DNA of 34,506 bases. Source: a virus (lineage: Duplodnaviria > Caudoviricetes). The position numbers were made by a program, and so were the translations under genes. The notes beneath the pieces are model-generated. The model was not told the DNA's origin and did not search any database. It was given only the letters and a program-made list of their open reading frames with translations. Of the stretch, positions 15,243 through 25,342 are shown in pieces (the stretch's first letter is position 1; each line of letters opens with the position of its first letter). The stretch lies in the IMG/VR virus record IMGVR_UViG_3300036798_000078, positions 1 to 34,506 of that record, one strand, 5' to 3'.

Positions 15243-16378
15243 GCCGCTATGGATACTGGGTCGATCTAGTAGGGCAGCAGCTCGGCGACAGTTCATGGGT
15301 TCACGCGCTGCCCATTGGCGAGTTCGAGCATCCGGTGTACGGCAAGATGAACTTCACACCGGAGCGTGTTCAGAAGTTCGCCGCAAGCGTCAAGGGTCGT
15401 GTTCGAGGCATCGATCTTGATGTCGACTACGACCACAAGGAGCACGGTGGTCAGGCTGCAGGATGGGTCAGAGACGCCGATGTGCGTCCCGATGGCCTGT
15501 ACCTTCAGGTGGAGTGGACCCCACGTGCATCCGAGGCGATCAAGAATCGGGAGTACAGGTACTTCAGTCCGGAGTTCGACGACACTTGGAAGGACGCTGG
15601 TGGCACCGAGCACCAGGACGTCTTGTTCGGTGGCGCCCTCACGAACCGTCCGTTCCTGAAGGACCTCCTTCCCGTCAACTTGTCGGAGATCACTACCAAC
15701 GCCAAGAAGGCAAACGAAGGAGGTCAAATGGGACCTGAGCAGATCAGGGAGCTGCTCGGTCTCGGGACGGACGCCACGGACGAGCAGGTCACGGCGAAGA
15801 TCGCGGAGCTCAAGGCCGGAGCGCCGGCGCCTCCTCCGCCATCTCCGACGCCTCCCGCTCCAACACCGCCCGAGACGGAGCCTGTACTCACAGGCGCAGC
15901 TCTGAACGAAGCTATCGCCAAGGCGCTTGGCGAGCACCCCATGCTGGTGGAGCTCAGAAGGAGCCTCGACGCCACGCGTGCTGCGCAGCAGTTCGCCGAG
16001 ACACGTCAGCGTCTCGAGCGTCTGCAGGTCAACCAGGGCGGCAGGCAGTTCGTACTACCGCCAGCCGTCATTGATGCGGTCGCAGAAGGCTCATCGCTCA
16101 GCGATCCTGTGGCGATGTCCCAGAAGTTCGTCGACGCCATCGAGGCGTTCGGCCGTGTCGGGTACGTCGAGCTCGGTGAACGTGGTCGCACGCGCAATGG
16201 GACCGAGAAGACCGCAAGCCAGCAGCTGTCCGAACTCGTCACCGCCGCTCAGACTCAGCACATGGCGGCTACGGGCAAGCAGCTCTCCACGACCAATGCG
16301 ATCGCACAGGTCGTTCGTGCTAACCCCGAGCTGTACCTGGCTTATCGCGAGGACAGCTACTCAGGAAGGGAGGAGTAG
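15239..16378 (+). CDS. Capsid maturation protease/scaffold (Mu gpI-like)
   Basis: VDYDH, AAGWV, VEWTPRA..AI...EYRYFSPEF, GGALTNRPFL. Confidence 0.9.
   Translation: MSRYGYWVDLVGQQLGDSSWVHALPIGEFEHPVYGKMNFTPERVQKFAASVKGRVRGIDLDVDYDHKEHGGQAAGWVRDADVRPDGLYLQVEWTPRASEAIKNREYRYFSPEFDDTWKDAGGTEHQDVLFGGALTNRPFLKDLLPVNLSEITTNAKKANEGGQMGPEQIRELLGLGTDATDEQVTAKIAELKAGAPAPPPPSPTPPAPTPPETEPVLTGAALNEAIAKALGEHPMLVELRRSLDATRAAQQFAETRQRLERLQVNQGGRQFVLPPAVIDAVAEGSSLSDPVAMSQKFVDAIEAFGRVGYVELGERGRTRNGTEKTASQQLSELVTAAQTQHMAATGKQLSTTNAIAQVVRANPELYLAYREDSYSGREE
15728..16378 (+). CDS. Scaffolding protein from internal in-frame start (Mu gpZ-like)
   Basis: GAAGGAGGTCAAATG inside protease gene; IRELLGLGTDATDEQV. Confidence 0.7.
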   Translation: MGPEQIRELLGLGTDATDEQVTAKIAELKAGAPAPPPPSPTPPAPTPPETEPVLTGAALNEAIAKALGEHPMLVELRRSLDATRAAQQFAETRQRLERLQVNQGGRQFVLPPAVIDAVAEGSSLSDPVAMSQKFVDAIEAFGRVGYVELGERGRTRNGTEKTASQQLSELVTAAQTQHMAATGKQLSTTNAIAQVVRANPELYLAYREDSYSGREE

Positions 16379-16381
16379 CCG

Positions 16382-16897
16382 ATGCCTGGCATGGATCAGA
16401 TTCTCTCCAAGGCCTTCCTGGCGACAGGCGGCTCCGTCTCATACCCGCAGTGGTCAGTCGTACAGCAGGTAGCAGCGGTCGGTCTTGTTCCTGCGGCCGT
16501 TCAGCTCGCACCGGTCACGGCAGGTACCGCTGCTGGCAGCGTCGGCATCATCGGAGTGTGCGCCGAGCTTCTCGACGCAACCAAGACGGTGACTGGCAAG
16601 GCCTTCGTCAACATCGCGATCGACGGCAACTGCAAGTGCATCTGGGACGGTACGACTGGTGGTGCTACTCCGTGGGCTACCGTCGGTGTCGCACCTGGAA
16701 TCGGTGTCTACGCCGTACCCTCAGCGACCACACCTGGTCGTGTCAAGTTCATTCCTGCGACAGGCAGCGGCGGTCTAGGCTACGGAGCGATCGGCATGCT
16801 GATCTCGCAGCCCGGTAGTCCGCTACCTGTGTTTGGCGCAGGAGCCGCCGCAGGCGACCTGTTCGATATCACCCTACTGGTCGGCTCGAAGGTCTGA
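16382..16897 (+). CDS. Capsid decoration/cement protein (putative)
   Basis: Gly/Ala-rich beta protein between scaffold and MCP ending AAAGDLFDITL. Confidence 0.65.
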   Translation: MPGMDQILSKAFLATGGSVSYPQWSVVQQVAAVGLVPAAVQLAPVTAGTAAGSVGIIGVCAELLDATKTVTGKAFVNIAIDGNCKCIWDGTTGGATPWATVGVAPGIGVYAVPSATTPGRVKFIPATGSGGLGYGAIGMLISQPGSPLPVFGAGAAAGDLFDITLLVGSKV

Positions 16898-16910
16898 GAG
16901 GAGGAAGCTC

Positions 16911-18038
16911 ATGGCAGTTTATGCCCCAACTGGTTCGGGCAACGTCCACGTTGATGTCGTTCTGACACAGATCAGCATTGCGTGGCCGAACGAGGGACTG
17001 GTCGGCAACGTCCTCTTCCCGCCTGTGCCCGTCGCCAAGCAGTCCAACAAGTACTACATCTTCCAAGGTCGTGAGGGCTGGTATCCGGCTCTCGACGATG
17101 CCAGAGCACCAGGTACCGAGGCCAACGAGGTGCCAGGTCTGACGGTCAGCATCGGATCGTACTACGCTCAGGAGCATGCGCTCCAGATCGCGGTCACCGA
17201 CGAAGAACGGGAGAACGCTGACAGTCCGCTGTCACCCGACGTCGACGGTACGGAGATGCTGGCGTCCAGGATCTCGCTGGGCAAGGAGTATCGCATCTAC
17301 AACCTGGTTACGACCGCAGCAAACTTCAACGCCTCGCTCACTCAGGCGCTGTCCGGCACCTCGAGCGGCGGCTACGGTGCGCAGTGGGACCTCGCGTCCA
17401 CGACGCCTGTCAGGGACATCAGGACCTGCATGCGAATGGTTCACAAGCTGGCATTCCTGCAGCCGAACCAAGCGATCATTCCCTACAAGGTCATGTCGGC
17501 CTTGGAGGACAACCAGGACCTGATCAACCGCATCCAGTACGTCGAGCGTGCCATTCTGACGCCCGACCTGGTCGCGAGCCTGCTCAGCCTGGACAACGTC
17601 GTCGTGCCCGGCTTCGGCATCGCGACTAACAACCCAGGTCAGACGCTGGCACTGTCGTACCTCTGGAACATGGAGGTCCTGCTCGCCTACGCACCTCCGC
17701 GTCCAGGTCTCAAGGTGCCTGCCTTTGCCTACCAGTTCACCTGGGGCTTCGGTGGTGGAGGCGGTGGCGGCCTGAACTTCGGGTCGGGCGCATTCTCAGG
17801 CCAGGGCATCGACGACGGCGGAGGTCCGAGTGCGCTCAACCCCTCCAGCGAGGCCGACGGCGCGTCCAACAACCTGCAGGGCGGTATCGTCGACAGGTGG
17901 CGTGAAGAGCGTCGCGCCTCCGACGTCATTCGGTTCCGGCAGCGGTACGACCTGGAGCTGATCGGACTCGACGGCAACGGGAAGTCGATCTGCGGCTTCC
18001 TATTCACCAACGTCCTGTCCGCGGCCTTCGTGGGCTAA
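16911..18038 (+). CDS. Major capsid protein (HK97 fold)
   Basis: ATG at 16911 after GAGGAGG; HVDVVLTQISI, LFPPVPVAKQS.KY, RAPGTEANEV, GFLFTNV; position and size. Confidence 0.9.
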   Translation: MAVYAPTGSGNVHVDVVLTQISIAWPNEGLVGNVLFPPVPVAKQSNKYYIFQGREGWYPALDDARAPGTEANEVPGLTVSIGSYYAQEHALQIAVTDEERENADSPLSPDVDGTEMLASRISLGKEYRIYNLVTTAANFNASLTQALSGTSSGGYGAQWDLASTTPVRDIRTCMRMVHKLAFLQPNQAIIPYKVMSALEDNQDLINRIQYVERAILTPDLVASLLSLDNVVVPGFGIATNNPGQTLALSYLWNMEVLLAYAPPRPGLKVPAFAYQFTWGFGGGGGGGLNFGSGAFSGQGIDDGGGPSALNPSSEADGASNNLQGGIVDRWREERRASDVIRFRQRYDLELIGLDGNGKSICGFLFTNVLSAAFVG

Positions 18039-18047
18039 GGAGGAAAC

Positions 18048-18425
18048 GTGCCCAGTTACGTCGCTTACACCAATGGCCTCGGCGCTACCGAGGACAACCC
18101 CGACGGTATCGAGTCCGGTGCCGCTGTCAGTCCCGGCGACTTCGACGTGGATGAGTGGACATACCACATCATGCACGGCAACGTCGTACGAGCAGGCAGT
18201 CCCAACGACCCGAACGTGCTAGCCGCCGCTGATGAGGAAGAGATTCCGGAGGATCCCAAGGACCGCCGGATCAAGGATCTCGAGGCGCAGCTCCTGCTGT
18301 TCGCTGGACGGCCAGGAACTCCCGCTCCGTCTTCGCACCTGGACGACCTCGCTCAGGTGAAGGAGAAGGCGGATGACAAGGAGAAAGCACCCGAACGGAA
18401 GCCAGCGCAGGGTCGGCCTTCGTAG
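18048..18425 (+). CDS. Head-associated hypothetical protein
   Basis: AAGGAGG SD, GTG start directly after MCP. Confidence 0.7.
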   Translation: MPSYVAYTNGLGATEDNPDGIESGAAVSPGDFDVDEWTYHIMHGNVVRAGSPNDPNVLAAADEEEIPEDPKDRRIKDLEAQLLLFAGRPGTPAPSSHLDDLAQVKEKADDKEKAPERKPAQGRPS

Positions 18426-18441
18426 CAGGACGGAGAGCTTA

Positions 18442-18924
18442 GTGACTGCTCATATCACCACCTCTGACGTACAGGCGTGGCTCGAGTCTACTAAGCTCTC
18501 CGTTACTACTATCGAGGCAGTGCTAGAGGCTGACGCCTCTACCGAGGTACTGGGTCGTCTCGACTCAACGTACGGTATGTACGTTCCGCTCTGGATCGAC
18601 TCAACTAGCACTCCACAGATCGTTCGGCAAGTCATCGCGATGTACTACGCCAGCTGGATCTACGACCGTTCTTACTCGGAGGTCGAGACCAACGAGGCAT
18701 CGGTCTCCTACGGTGCCGTTCTTCGCGCGTGGGCTATGACGTTGCTGAACGACATCATTCGTGGTGCAGTATCCATTGTTGAGATCGAACCTAGCAGTCC
18801 TGCTACTGCACCCGTGTTCTATCCTACAGATGCGAGTTCAACCGAAGATGCGTGGAGATGGAACACTGACGAAGACGACAACTCGCTCGGCCCGGCTAAG
18901 TTCGGTATGGGAAAGGTATTCTGA
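18442..18924 (+). CDS. Head-tail adaptor (Mu gp36-like)
   Basis: GTG at 18442; HITTSDV...ASTEVLGRL...PQIVRQVIAMYYA...LNDIIRG. Confidence 0.7.
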   Translation: MTAHITTSDVQAWLESTKLSVTTIEAVLEADASTEVLGRLDSTYGMYVPLWIDSTSTPQIVRQVIAMYYASWIYDRSYSEVETNEASVSYGAVLRAWAMTLLNDIIRGAVSIVEIEPSSPATAPVFYPTDASSTEDAWRWNTDEDDNSLGPAKFGMGKVF

Positions 18925-19652
18925 TGGTAACCATGACAGGCGGCGGCGTTCGCCTAGACAGTCTGGTTAACATCGGTTACGAGTTCATACCTACCATTGC
19001 AATATCTGCTAGGTCCTTTGACAAGCTCGATCTCGACATTCGCTCCTTCCGCGTTCCACTCAAGCGTTCTATCCAGCAGGTCATCGCTCCCTCGATCAGT
19101 CAGAACTTCATTTCCAACGGGCGTCCTGAGCTCTGGGTACCTTATGCTGATGATACTATCAGAGTCAAAGGTCGCGATCCTAACAACAGGTTTACGACAG
19201 AGAACATACTTCGCCGTTCTGGGCTCCTGTGGAAAACGATGCAGCAGTACAACATTTGGACGGTGACTGAGAAGCAGGCGGCCATCCTCTCGTTGCCGAA
19301 CAAGATCTGGTACGGCCAATTGCATCAAGCAGGTTACGGTTCAGGTGTAGCCGCTACGACTCAGGCGGAGGCAAGAGGTTTGGGCATGTTCGCAGGTGCC
19401 TTCGCGACACCTGAGGAGCTAGCAGCGATGGGTGGAGGAGGAGTCAACATTCCTGCTAGGCCATTTGCAATGTTCCAGACCAAGGATATGGATCGCGTCC
19501 AGGAAGTGTTTGCTGCCTGGCTCCAAGAGCGAGTTGATGCAGATCTCGCCGGCATACCTGCTAAGTCGGTGATGTTATGCCTCTGTCAGCGAGCTCTGAG
19601 ACGGTGGCTACTGCTGTTAAGGCTGCTATCGATGCGCAGGCTAGTGCCCTAG
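18924..19652 (+). CDS. Virion morphogenesis/tail completion protein (Mu gpG-like)
   Basis: NF...G.P..W, ILRRSGLL, YGQLHQAG, NIPARPF. Confidence 0.8.
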   Translation: MVTMTGGGVRLDSLVNIGYEFIPTIAISARSFDKLDLDIRSFRVPLKRSIQQVIAPSISQNFISNGRPELWVPYADDTIRVKGRDPNNRFTTENILRRSGLLWKTMQQYNIWTVTEKQAAILSLPNKIWYGQLHQAGYGSGVAATTQAEARGLGMFAGAFATPEELAAMGGGGVNIPARPFAMFQTKDMDRVQEVFAAWLQERVDADLAGIPAKSVMLCLCQRALRRWLLLLRLLSMRRLVP

Positions 19653-20011
19653 GCATCGCGGAGACGTGGTACGGTGATCAGACCATCTTGCCACAGACGC
19701 CAGCTGTCTGCGTTACGCCTGGGAATAAGTCTAGAGCGTTCGCAGGCGCATCGCTTATGACTGAAAACACGTTCGAGACCTACGTGTTCGTATACTTCGG
19801 CAAGGTCCAAGACGTGCAGCAGAACTTGCACGCGGCACAGGCTCTTGCTGATGCGATTGAGCCCGTCGTACAGACTGACATGACACTCGGCGGAATTGTC
19901 ATATGGACGTTGTGTACTCAGAACGAGCCAGGGATCATCAACAAGCAGGGTAGTCTGCTGATGGGCAATCGGATGACGTTCCAGTCCTTTAGTAAGACCA
20001 GGCTCCCGTAG
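19577..20011 (+). CDS. Tail terminator (putative)
   Basis: Size, position, PAVCV and DMTLGG.V motifs. Confidence 0.65.
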   Translation: MPLSASSETVATAVKAAIDAQASALGIAETWYGDQTILPQTPAVCVTPGNKSRAFAGASLMTENTFETYVFVYFGKVQDVQQNLHAAQALADAIEPVVQTDMTLGGIVIWTLCTQNEPGIINKQGSLLMGNRMTFQSFSKTRLP

Positions 20012-20021
20012 AGGAGGTAAG

Positions 20022-20372
20022 TTGCCATACGAAGTGAAGGTCGACAATCCCACCGCGGGAGACCAGGACGTCTACATCCACGGTCTGGGCACGTTCCGCA
20101 ATGGAACCACGACTACAGTCGACGACGAGCAGGTGATGCGGTTTCGTATCATGACTGCTACGCAGAAGATGTCTGACTTCGATGAGGAGGGGCGCTTCTC
20201 CGTCGAGCAGGAGCTAGGTCCTGAGCCTCACGATCTGAACATCTACGGCGTCACCATCAACAAGCTCGGCGGTGACGATACGGGTGACACCGTTACTGTC
20301 GAAGGTGACGTGAACGTTGCTGTCGGCGGTGACGTCGAACAGACGAACAGCAAGAGGAAGGGAAGTGCCTGA
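20022..20372 (+). CDS. Hypothetical tail-region protein
   Basis: GAGGAGGT SD, TTG start. Confidence 0.7.
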   Translation: MPYEVKVDNPTAGDQDVYIHGLGTFRNGTTTTVDDEQVMRFRIMTATQKMSDFDEEGRFSVEQELGPEPHDLNIYGVTINKLGGDDTGDTVTVEGDVNVAVGGDVEQTNSKRKGSA

Positions 20373-21307
20373 TGCCTTATGGTATGGGTGCAGGCGGCCT
20401 CTTGGGTGTCGCCTTCGAGACCGTGTCGGGAACCTATACGGCTCCGACAAAGTTCATCCCGATTCTCTCCGAGACGCTGGAGCTCAAGGAGACCAACATC
20501 TACCGTACACCGATTCGACAGTCGGCGGCACGGATAGGTGTCGTACCTGGTGACTACAGCGTTACAGGCACGATCACGATGGAAGCGGTGGAAGACTGCT
20601 GCGTCTACTTCACAGAATGCAGCAGGGCGTCAGGTGTTAAGTCCGGAACTACGCCGAACTTCATCTACACCTATACGCCGACTTCGGCTGCTGTTCCGAA
20701 CAAGACGCTGTCGATTACCGTTGTTCGTAACGGTATCATCTTCGGATACGTTGGTTGCGTCGTCGGCAAGCAGACCTTTACGGTCAACAACAACCTCCTC
20801 GAGTACGCCGTTGACATCTTCGGCCTGTCCGACTCCTCGCCGTCACCAGCTCTGGTGCCTGTCTGGCCGACCTCAGTGCCTTACGGTCCGGGTACTTGGA
20901 ACGTGCAGATCCCGTCACCGACGCAGGTGTTCGATATGGACACCTTCTCGTTCGACATCGACGATGCAGGCGCAGAGCAGTTCCGACTCAAGAGCGCACG
21001 CGGTGCACAGTTTGCATCGTTCGGAGAGCGGACTTGCCAGATGACGGCGAGTCGTGACTTCCTGACCAACGCCGACTACCTAGCGTTCAAGGCAGTGACA
21101 GGTCAAAAGATCACTGTCGCTGTCACCAACGGTACGAACAACAGTATCACGTTCGACATGTTCAACGGGATCATGGACGTGTATCAGGTTCCGCTGTCGG
21201 GCGTCGGAGACCTGATCCGTGCAGCTATCACCTACCAGTCCGTACTCGACGGTTCGGGCAACGAGTACGACATCATTTACAAGACACAGGAAGTCATCAC
21301 TCCGTAG
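20372..21307 (+). CDS. Major tail tube protein
   Basis: LGVAFETVSGTYTAPTKFIPILSETL N-terminus; upstream of chaperone and tape measure. Confidence 0.85.
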   Translation: MPYGMGAGGLLGVAFETVSGTYTAPTKFIPILSETLELKETNIYRTPIRQSAARIGVVPGDYSVTGTITMEAVEDCCVYFTECSRASGVKSGTTPNFIYTYTPTSAAVPNKTLSITVVRNGIIFGYVGCVVGKQTFTVNNNLLEYAVDIFGLSDSSPSPALVPVWPTSVPYGPGTWNVQIPSPTQVFDMDTFSFDIDDAGAEQFRLKSARGAQFASFGERTCQMTASRDFLTNADYLAFKAVTGQKITVAVTNGTNNSITFDMFNGIMDVYQVPLSGVGDLIRAAITYQSVLDGSGNEYDIIYKTQEVITP

Positions 21308-21332
21308 GGCTATCGATCCAAAGGGAGGATCA

Positions 21333-21791
21333 GTGCCACGCGCAACAGTATCGACCGAAGCCGAGATGCATGAGCTCAAGTCGTGTCCAGGTGGCTGGGT
21401 CAAGCTTCGCCGTATGTCGTACGGTGAGCGCCTGCACCGTACAGATATGGCGATGCAGATGTCTATGGAAGCCGATCAGCGCAAGCGTACTGCAAGGATG
21501 GACGTTACGCCTGCGCAGACAGCGGTGGCTGAGTTCGAGCTCAAGACCTGCATCGTCGATCACAACCTGGAAGACGAGAGCGGACGCAAGCTCAACTTCG
21601 CCAGTGAGATGGATTGCGCGATGCTCGACGGGCGCATCGGCGAAGAGATAGCACAGCTCATCGATGACATGCACAACTGGGAGGTAACGTTCCCAAACTC
21701 CGAAACGAAGTCCGAGCCCGGGTCTGGCGTAGTAATCGACCAGCGAGAGCTGACGGGACAGACGCTGCCCCTGAGCGCGACGGTGAGCTAG
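21333..21791 (+). CDS. Tail assembly chaperone (gpG-like)
   Basis: GTG at 21333 after GGGAGG; IVDHNLEDESG. Confidence 0.8.
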   Translation: MPRATVSTEAEMHELKSCPGGWVKLRRMSYGERLHRTDMAMQMSMEADQRKRTARMDVTPAQTAVAEFELKTCIVDHNLEDESGRKLNFASEMDCAMLDGRIGEEIAQLIDDMHNWEVTFPNSETKSEPGSGVVIDQRELTGQTLPLSATVS

Positions 21792-21973
21792 CTGAACAGC
21801 TGCTGTCTCTGGTACTTGCATGTCAAGAGTTTCACTGCCTGCCTAGTTCAGGCGGCTGGCTCGACCAGGACTCGTTCCTAGTGTACGGTATGGGTATGAC
21901 TCTAGAGGAGATCAGAGCGAAGGAGGCAGCTGACCAGCATCAGAGAGAGCTGAAGGCAAGCCGTGGGAGGTGA
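21692..21973 (+). CDS. Frameshifted chaperone extension (gpGT, -1 frame)
   Basis: Slippery C CCA AAC at 21692-21698; -1 frame open to TGA 21973 and encodes CQEFHCLPSSGGWLDQD. Confidence 0.75.
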   Translation, partial: PKLRNEVRARVWRSNRPARADGTDAAPERDGELAEQLLSLVLACQEFHCLPSSGGWLDQDSFLVYGMGMTLEEIRAKEAADQHQRELKASRGR

Positions 21974-21976
21974 GAA

Positions 21977-24900
21977 GTGCCGCTAGGTGTTCGGGAAGTA
22001 CTCCTCATAGTCCGTGCGCAGAACCTAGGCTCCGGTGTCCTTCGCAACCTTGCAGGCGACTTCAACAACCTAGACGCGGCGGCTAAGAAATCGGCGCAGT
22101 CCCAGATGCAGACGGGTACAGCCCTGATGGCCGTAGGCGCAGGCATTGCTGCTGCGGGTGCTGCAGGGCTGTTGTTCTTGGGCAAGGCGACAGCGGCAGC
22201 CGTCGACTACAATCGCCAGGTCGCTCTGACCAAGACTCAGACCTACGGTCTCAAGGTCACCTTGGACCAACTTAGTCAGGCGGGACTCGATGTTGCCAAG
22301 AGCATAGCTGTCCCGCTTGATCAAGTTCAGGCAGGCCTGTACGACATCTTCTCGTCGATGGATGTCAACCTCAGCCAGGCTAAGTTCCTACTGGCTAACT
22401 TCTCGAAGGAAGCTGTCGCTGGTCAGGTAGACCTCTCAACAGCCGAACGTGCAACTATTGGCATTATGAACTCGTACCAGATGAAGGTCCAGGACGTATC
22501 CAAAGTCCAGGACATCATGTTCAACCTGGTCAAGTACGGTGTCGGTACGTATGGTGACTTTGCTAGCGTCATAGGTCGTGTCACTCCTAACGCCGTTAGA
22601 GCGAATCAGACGTTTGAAGAGACCGCAGGCATGCTAGCATTCGTGACCAGAAATGGTCTGTCTGCTGCTAATGGTGCTGCGTCCGTCGGTAGGGCTCTGG
22701 ATGCTATCGGCAAGTCTCGTGACAAGATTCAGAATCTAGGCCTGACTGTTCAGGGTGCCCTGGGCAGCGCTACTGCCTCGAAGCTAGGGTTCACTGCTAG
22801 CACGATGATCAAGGTTACAGACGCTGCTGGCAAGCTTCTGCCTGTTAACCAGATCATGACCAATCTGGGAGAAGCGCTCAAGGGTCTGAACCCGACACAG
22901 CTTAACGACGTCCTGAACGAGATGTTCAAGGGCACTGGCGGTACTATCCAGGCTCAGCGCTTCTTCAGCATAGCCATCCACAACTACAGTCAGCTCAACG
23001 CGTTGACGAAGGACATGTACACGAGCAAGGGTGCTCTGCAGGCTGCGTACAATACCATGGCTGCCACTCCTGCTATGAAGATCCAACTGCTCAAGAACAA
23101 CTTCCAAGCCTTCATGATCGTTCTGGGTCAACAGCTACTTCCGATCGTTGGCAAGGTCGCAAGCTTCTTCACAGGTCTACTCAAGATACTCAGCGGATTG
23201 TCTCCGTCTACTATTCGAGTCATCGCTATTGTCATTGGCGTAACATCTGTACTGGCGGTGCTAGCGGGCATTATTATGGTTGTCGTTGGCGCTTGGATGG
23301 TCTTCTCGGTTGTGTTGGCTGCTTCGGAGGTTGCTCTCGCTCCGATACTCATTACTATCGGCCTAGTCATAGCCGCTGTCGTCGCTCTCTCCGTTGCTGC
23401 TTACTTCATCTACAAGAACTGGAGTCCTATCTCCACGTGGTTCCACAACATGTGGTTCGATATGTGGAAGTGGATCGATCACATCTGGCAGCTCATCTAC
23501 AAGTCGATTAGCAACGCATGGCTGAAGGTCAAGAACGTATTCCTCGACATCCAGAAGTTCATCGTCGGTAGCTTCGACAAGTGGTGGAAGACTCACGGCG
23601 ATGCTCTCGTATCGATCTGGAACACTACTTGGGGTCAGATCACAGGCTCGGTAACTCAGGCCTGGACAGTCATCGAAGGCGTTGTCAAGATTGCAATGGC
23701 CATTATCGAAGCCGAGATCAAAATCGGTTTGGATCTGATGATGGTCGTCTTCAAGGTTGCTTGGGACGTCATCGTAGCTATCTTCAGAGGCGCATGGGAC
23801 CTCATCTCTACAGCCTTCAAGATCTGGTTCACTGTACTCGTAGCTTCTGCGAAGATCGGTCTAGCCGTCATTGAAATGACCTTCAAGATCTTCTGGGACT
23901 TGCTCGTAGGCATATTCAGCATCTTCATTGATCTCCTCACGGGACATTGGCACCAAGCGTTTGTCGATATGCAACAGACAGCCGTACAGATCTGGAACGC
24001 GATCAAGGGCTTCCTCAGCTCCGTTTGGAACGCGATCAATAGTGCAGCGATACCGATTTGGCATGACCTAGAGAACATGATCGTCGGTGCTTGGCATAAC
24101 GTCTACAACCTTACACAGCAGGTCTGGAACGCTATCGGCAATTACCTGAAGCAAGTCTGGAACGGTATGGTCAACGGTGCAAAGACTACCGTCAGTGGTC
24201 TTAACACCGTTTGGCAAGGCATTGAAGCTATCTTCAAGACGCCAGTTAACTTTGTCATTGGTACCGTGTACGACAATGGCCTCCGTCGACTCTGGAACGA
24301 CGTTATGGGTGCTATTGGTCTAGGCAAGCTCAACATGCCTGACATTCCTACTCTCGCAGCTGGCGGCAGGATTCCTGGATGGGGTGGCGGAGATAGAATT
24401 CCGATCCTTGCGGAGGCTGGCGAGGCCATCGTTGACAAGAACCGCACTAGGAAGTACGCAGGCCTACTTGGTATGATGGGCGTTCCTGGATTTGCGCTTG
24501 GTGGCATAGTCAGCAATCCTCTCCACGCAATTGCCAGCGTCGCTAGCAAGGGTGCGAACTTCGTCAAGGGCGCCGTAGGTGCAAGTGGTGCTGTAGGCAA
24601 GATGCTAGCAGCCGCAGCTACTGGTAACCAGACAGCATTTGCTAACGCACTACTCAGCGTCACCGGCGGAGCCGGAGGAGCAGCTGCCAACCTAGCGCAG
24701 ATGATGGTAGGCCTTCCCGTTTCCATGGCCAAGGATGCGGTCTCTAGCCTGTGGAGCAAAATCACAGGGTCCGGGGGTGTGGCAGGTTCGGTCAAGTTCA
24801 ATCCTAGCGGTGGAGTGATGCAGTGGCAAGGCCTAGTCATGAAGGCTTTGGCGATGGAAGGCTTGGGTTCCTATCTCGCGTCGCAGGTACTGTACCAGAT

Positions 24901-25342
24901 GATGACCGAGTCTGGCGGCAACCCGAACGCTATCAACAACTGGGACATTAACGCTCAGCAGGGCGACCCGTCACGAGGTCTGCTTCAGGTCATCGGTTCT
25001 ACCTTCTCAGCATTCCACTGGCCTGGTACGTCTAACAACATCTACGACCCGCTAGCTAACATTGCTGCAGCTATCAACTATGCCAGAAGCACATACGGGC
25101 CGACGCTCATGCGAGGGGGCATGGGCATGGGCTCTGGGCATGGCTACGCTGCAGGAACTTCAAGCGCTTCTCCTGGGTGGTCTTGGGTAGGAGAGCAGGG
25201 GCCTGAACTAATGCGCATGCGTGGTGGCGAGCAAGTAGCACCTGTGCGTCCGGTTCAGAACTTCTACATTACCACTCAGGAAATCAATCCTAAGTACCAT
25301 GCGGCCCAGCTGGGATGGGAATTGGCAAGGAGGTCTAGCTGA
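21977..25342 (+). CDS. Tape measure protein with C-terminal lytic transglycosylase domain
   Basis: 1121 aa, hydrophobic segment, ~11-aa Trp periodicity, ESGGNPNAIN.WD...SRGLLQ...IYDPLANIAAAINY. Confidence 0.95.
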   Translation: MPLGVREVLLIVRAQNLGSGVLRNLAGDFNNLDAAAKKSAQSQMQTGTALMAVGAGIAAAGAAGLLFLGKATAAAVDYNRQVALTKTQTYGLKVTLDQLSQAGLDVAKSIAVPLDQVQAGLYDIFSSMDVNLSQAKFLLANFSKEAVAGQVDLSTAERATIGIMNSYQMKVQDVSKVQDIMFNLVKYGVGTYGDFASVIGRVTPNAVRANQTFEETAGMLAFVTRNGLSAANGAASVGRALDAIGKSRDKIQNLGLTVQGALGSATASKLGFTASTMIKVTDAAGKLLPVNQIMTNLGEALKGLNPTQLNDVLNEMFKGTGGTIQAQRFFSIAIHNYSQLNALTKDMYTSKGALQAAYNTMAATPAMKIQLLKNNFQAFMIVLGQQLLPIVGKVASFFTGLLKILSGLSPSTIRVIAIVIGVTSVLAVLAGIIMVVVGAWMVFSVVLAASEVALAPILITIGLVIAAVVALSVAAYFIYKNWSPISTWFHNMWFDMWKWIDHIWQLIYKSISNAWLKVKNVFLDIQKFIVGSFDKWWKTHGDALVSIWNTTWGQITGSVTQAWTVIEGVVKIAMAIIEAEIKIGLDLMMVVFKVAWDVIVAIFRGAWDLISTAFKIWFTVLVASAKIGLAVIEMTFKIFWDLLVGIFSIFIDLLTGHWHQAFVDMQQTAVQIWNAIKGFLSSVWNAINSAAIPIWHDLENMIVGAWHNVYNLTQQVWNAIGNYLKQVWNGMVNGAKTTVSGLNTVWQGIEAIFKTPVNFVIGTVYDNGLRRLWNDVMGAIGLGKLNMPDIPTLAAGGRIPGWGGGDRIPILAEAGEAIVDKNRTRKYAGLLGMMGVPGFALGGIVSNPLHAIASVASKGANFVKGAVGASGAVGKMLAAAATGNQTAFANALLSVTGGAGGAAANLAQMMVGLPVSMAKDAVSSLWSKITGSGGVAGSVKFNPSGGVMQWQGLVMKALAMEGLGSYLASQVLYQMMTESGGNPNAINNWDINAQQGDPSRGLLQVIGSTFSAFHWPGTSNNIYDPLANIAAAINYARSTYGPTLMRGGMGMGSGHGYAAGTSSASPGWSWVGEQGPELMRMRGGEQVAPVRPVQNFYITTQEINPKYHAAQLGWELARRSS

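Noticed and set aside
16833-16910. ORF-track N-terminal extensions (also 18373, 21219, 27084, 31264, 2814, 5771)
   Set aside because: They overlap upstream genes or structured spacers; better starts with SD or stop-start coupling lie downstream
19577-19652. 76-nt overlap between tail completion and terminator genes as a recoding site
   Set aside because: No slippery sequence seen; most simply a run-on C-terminus
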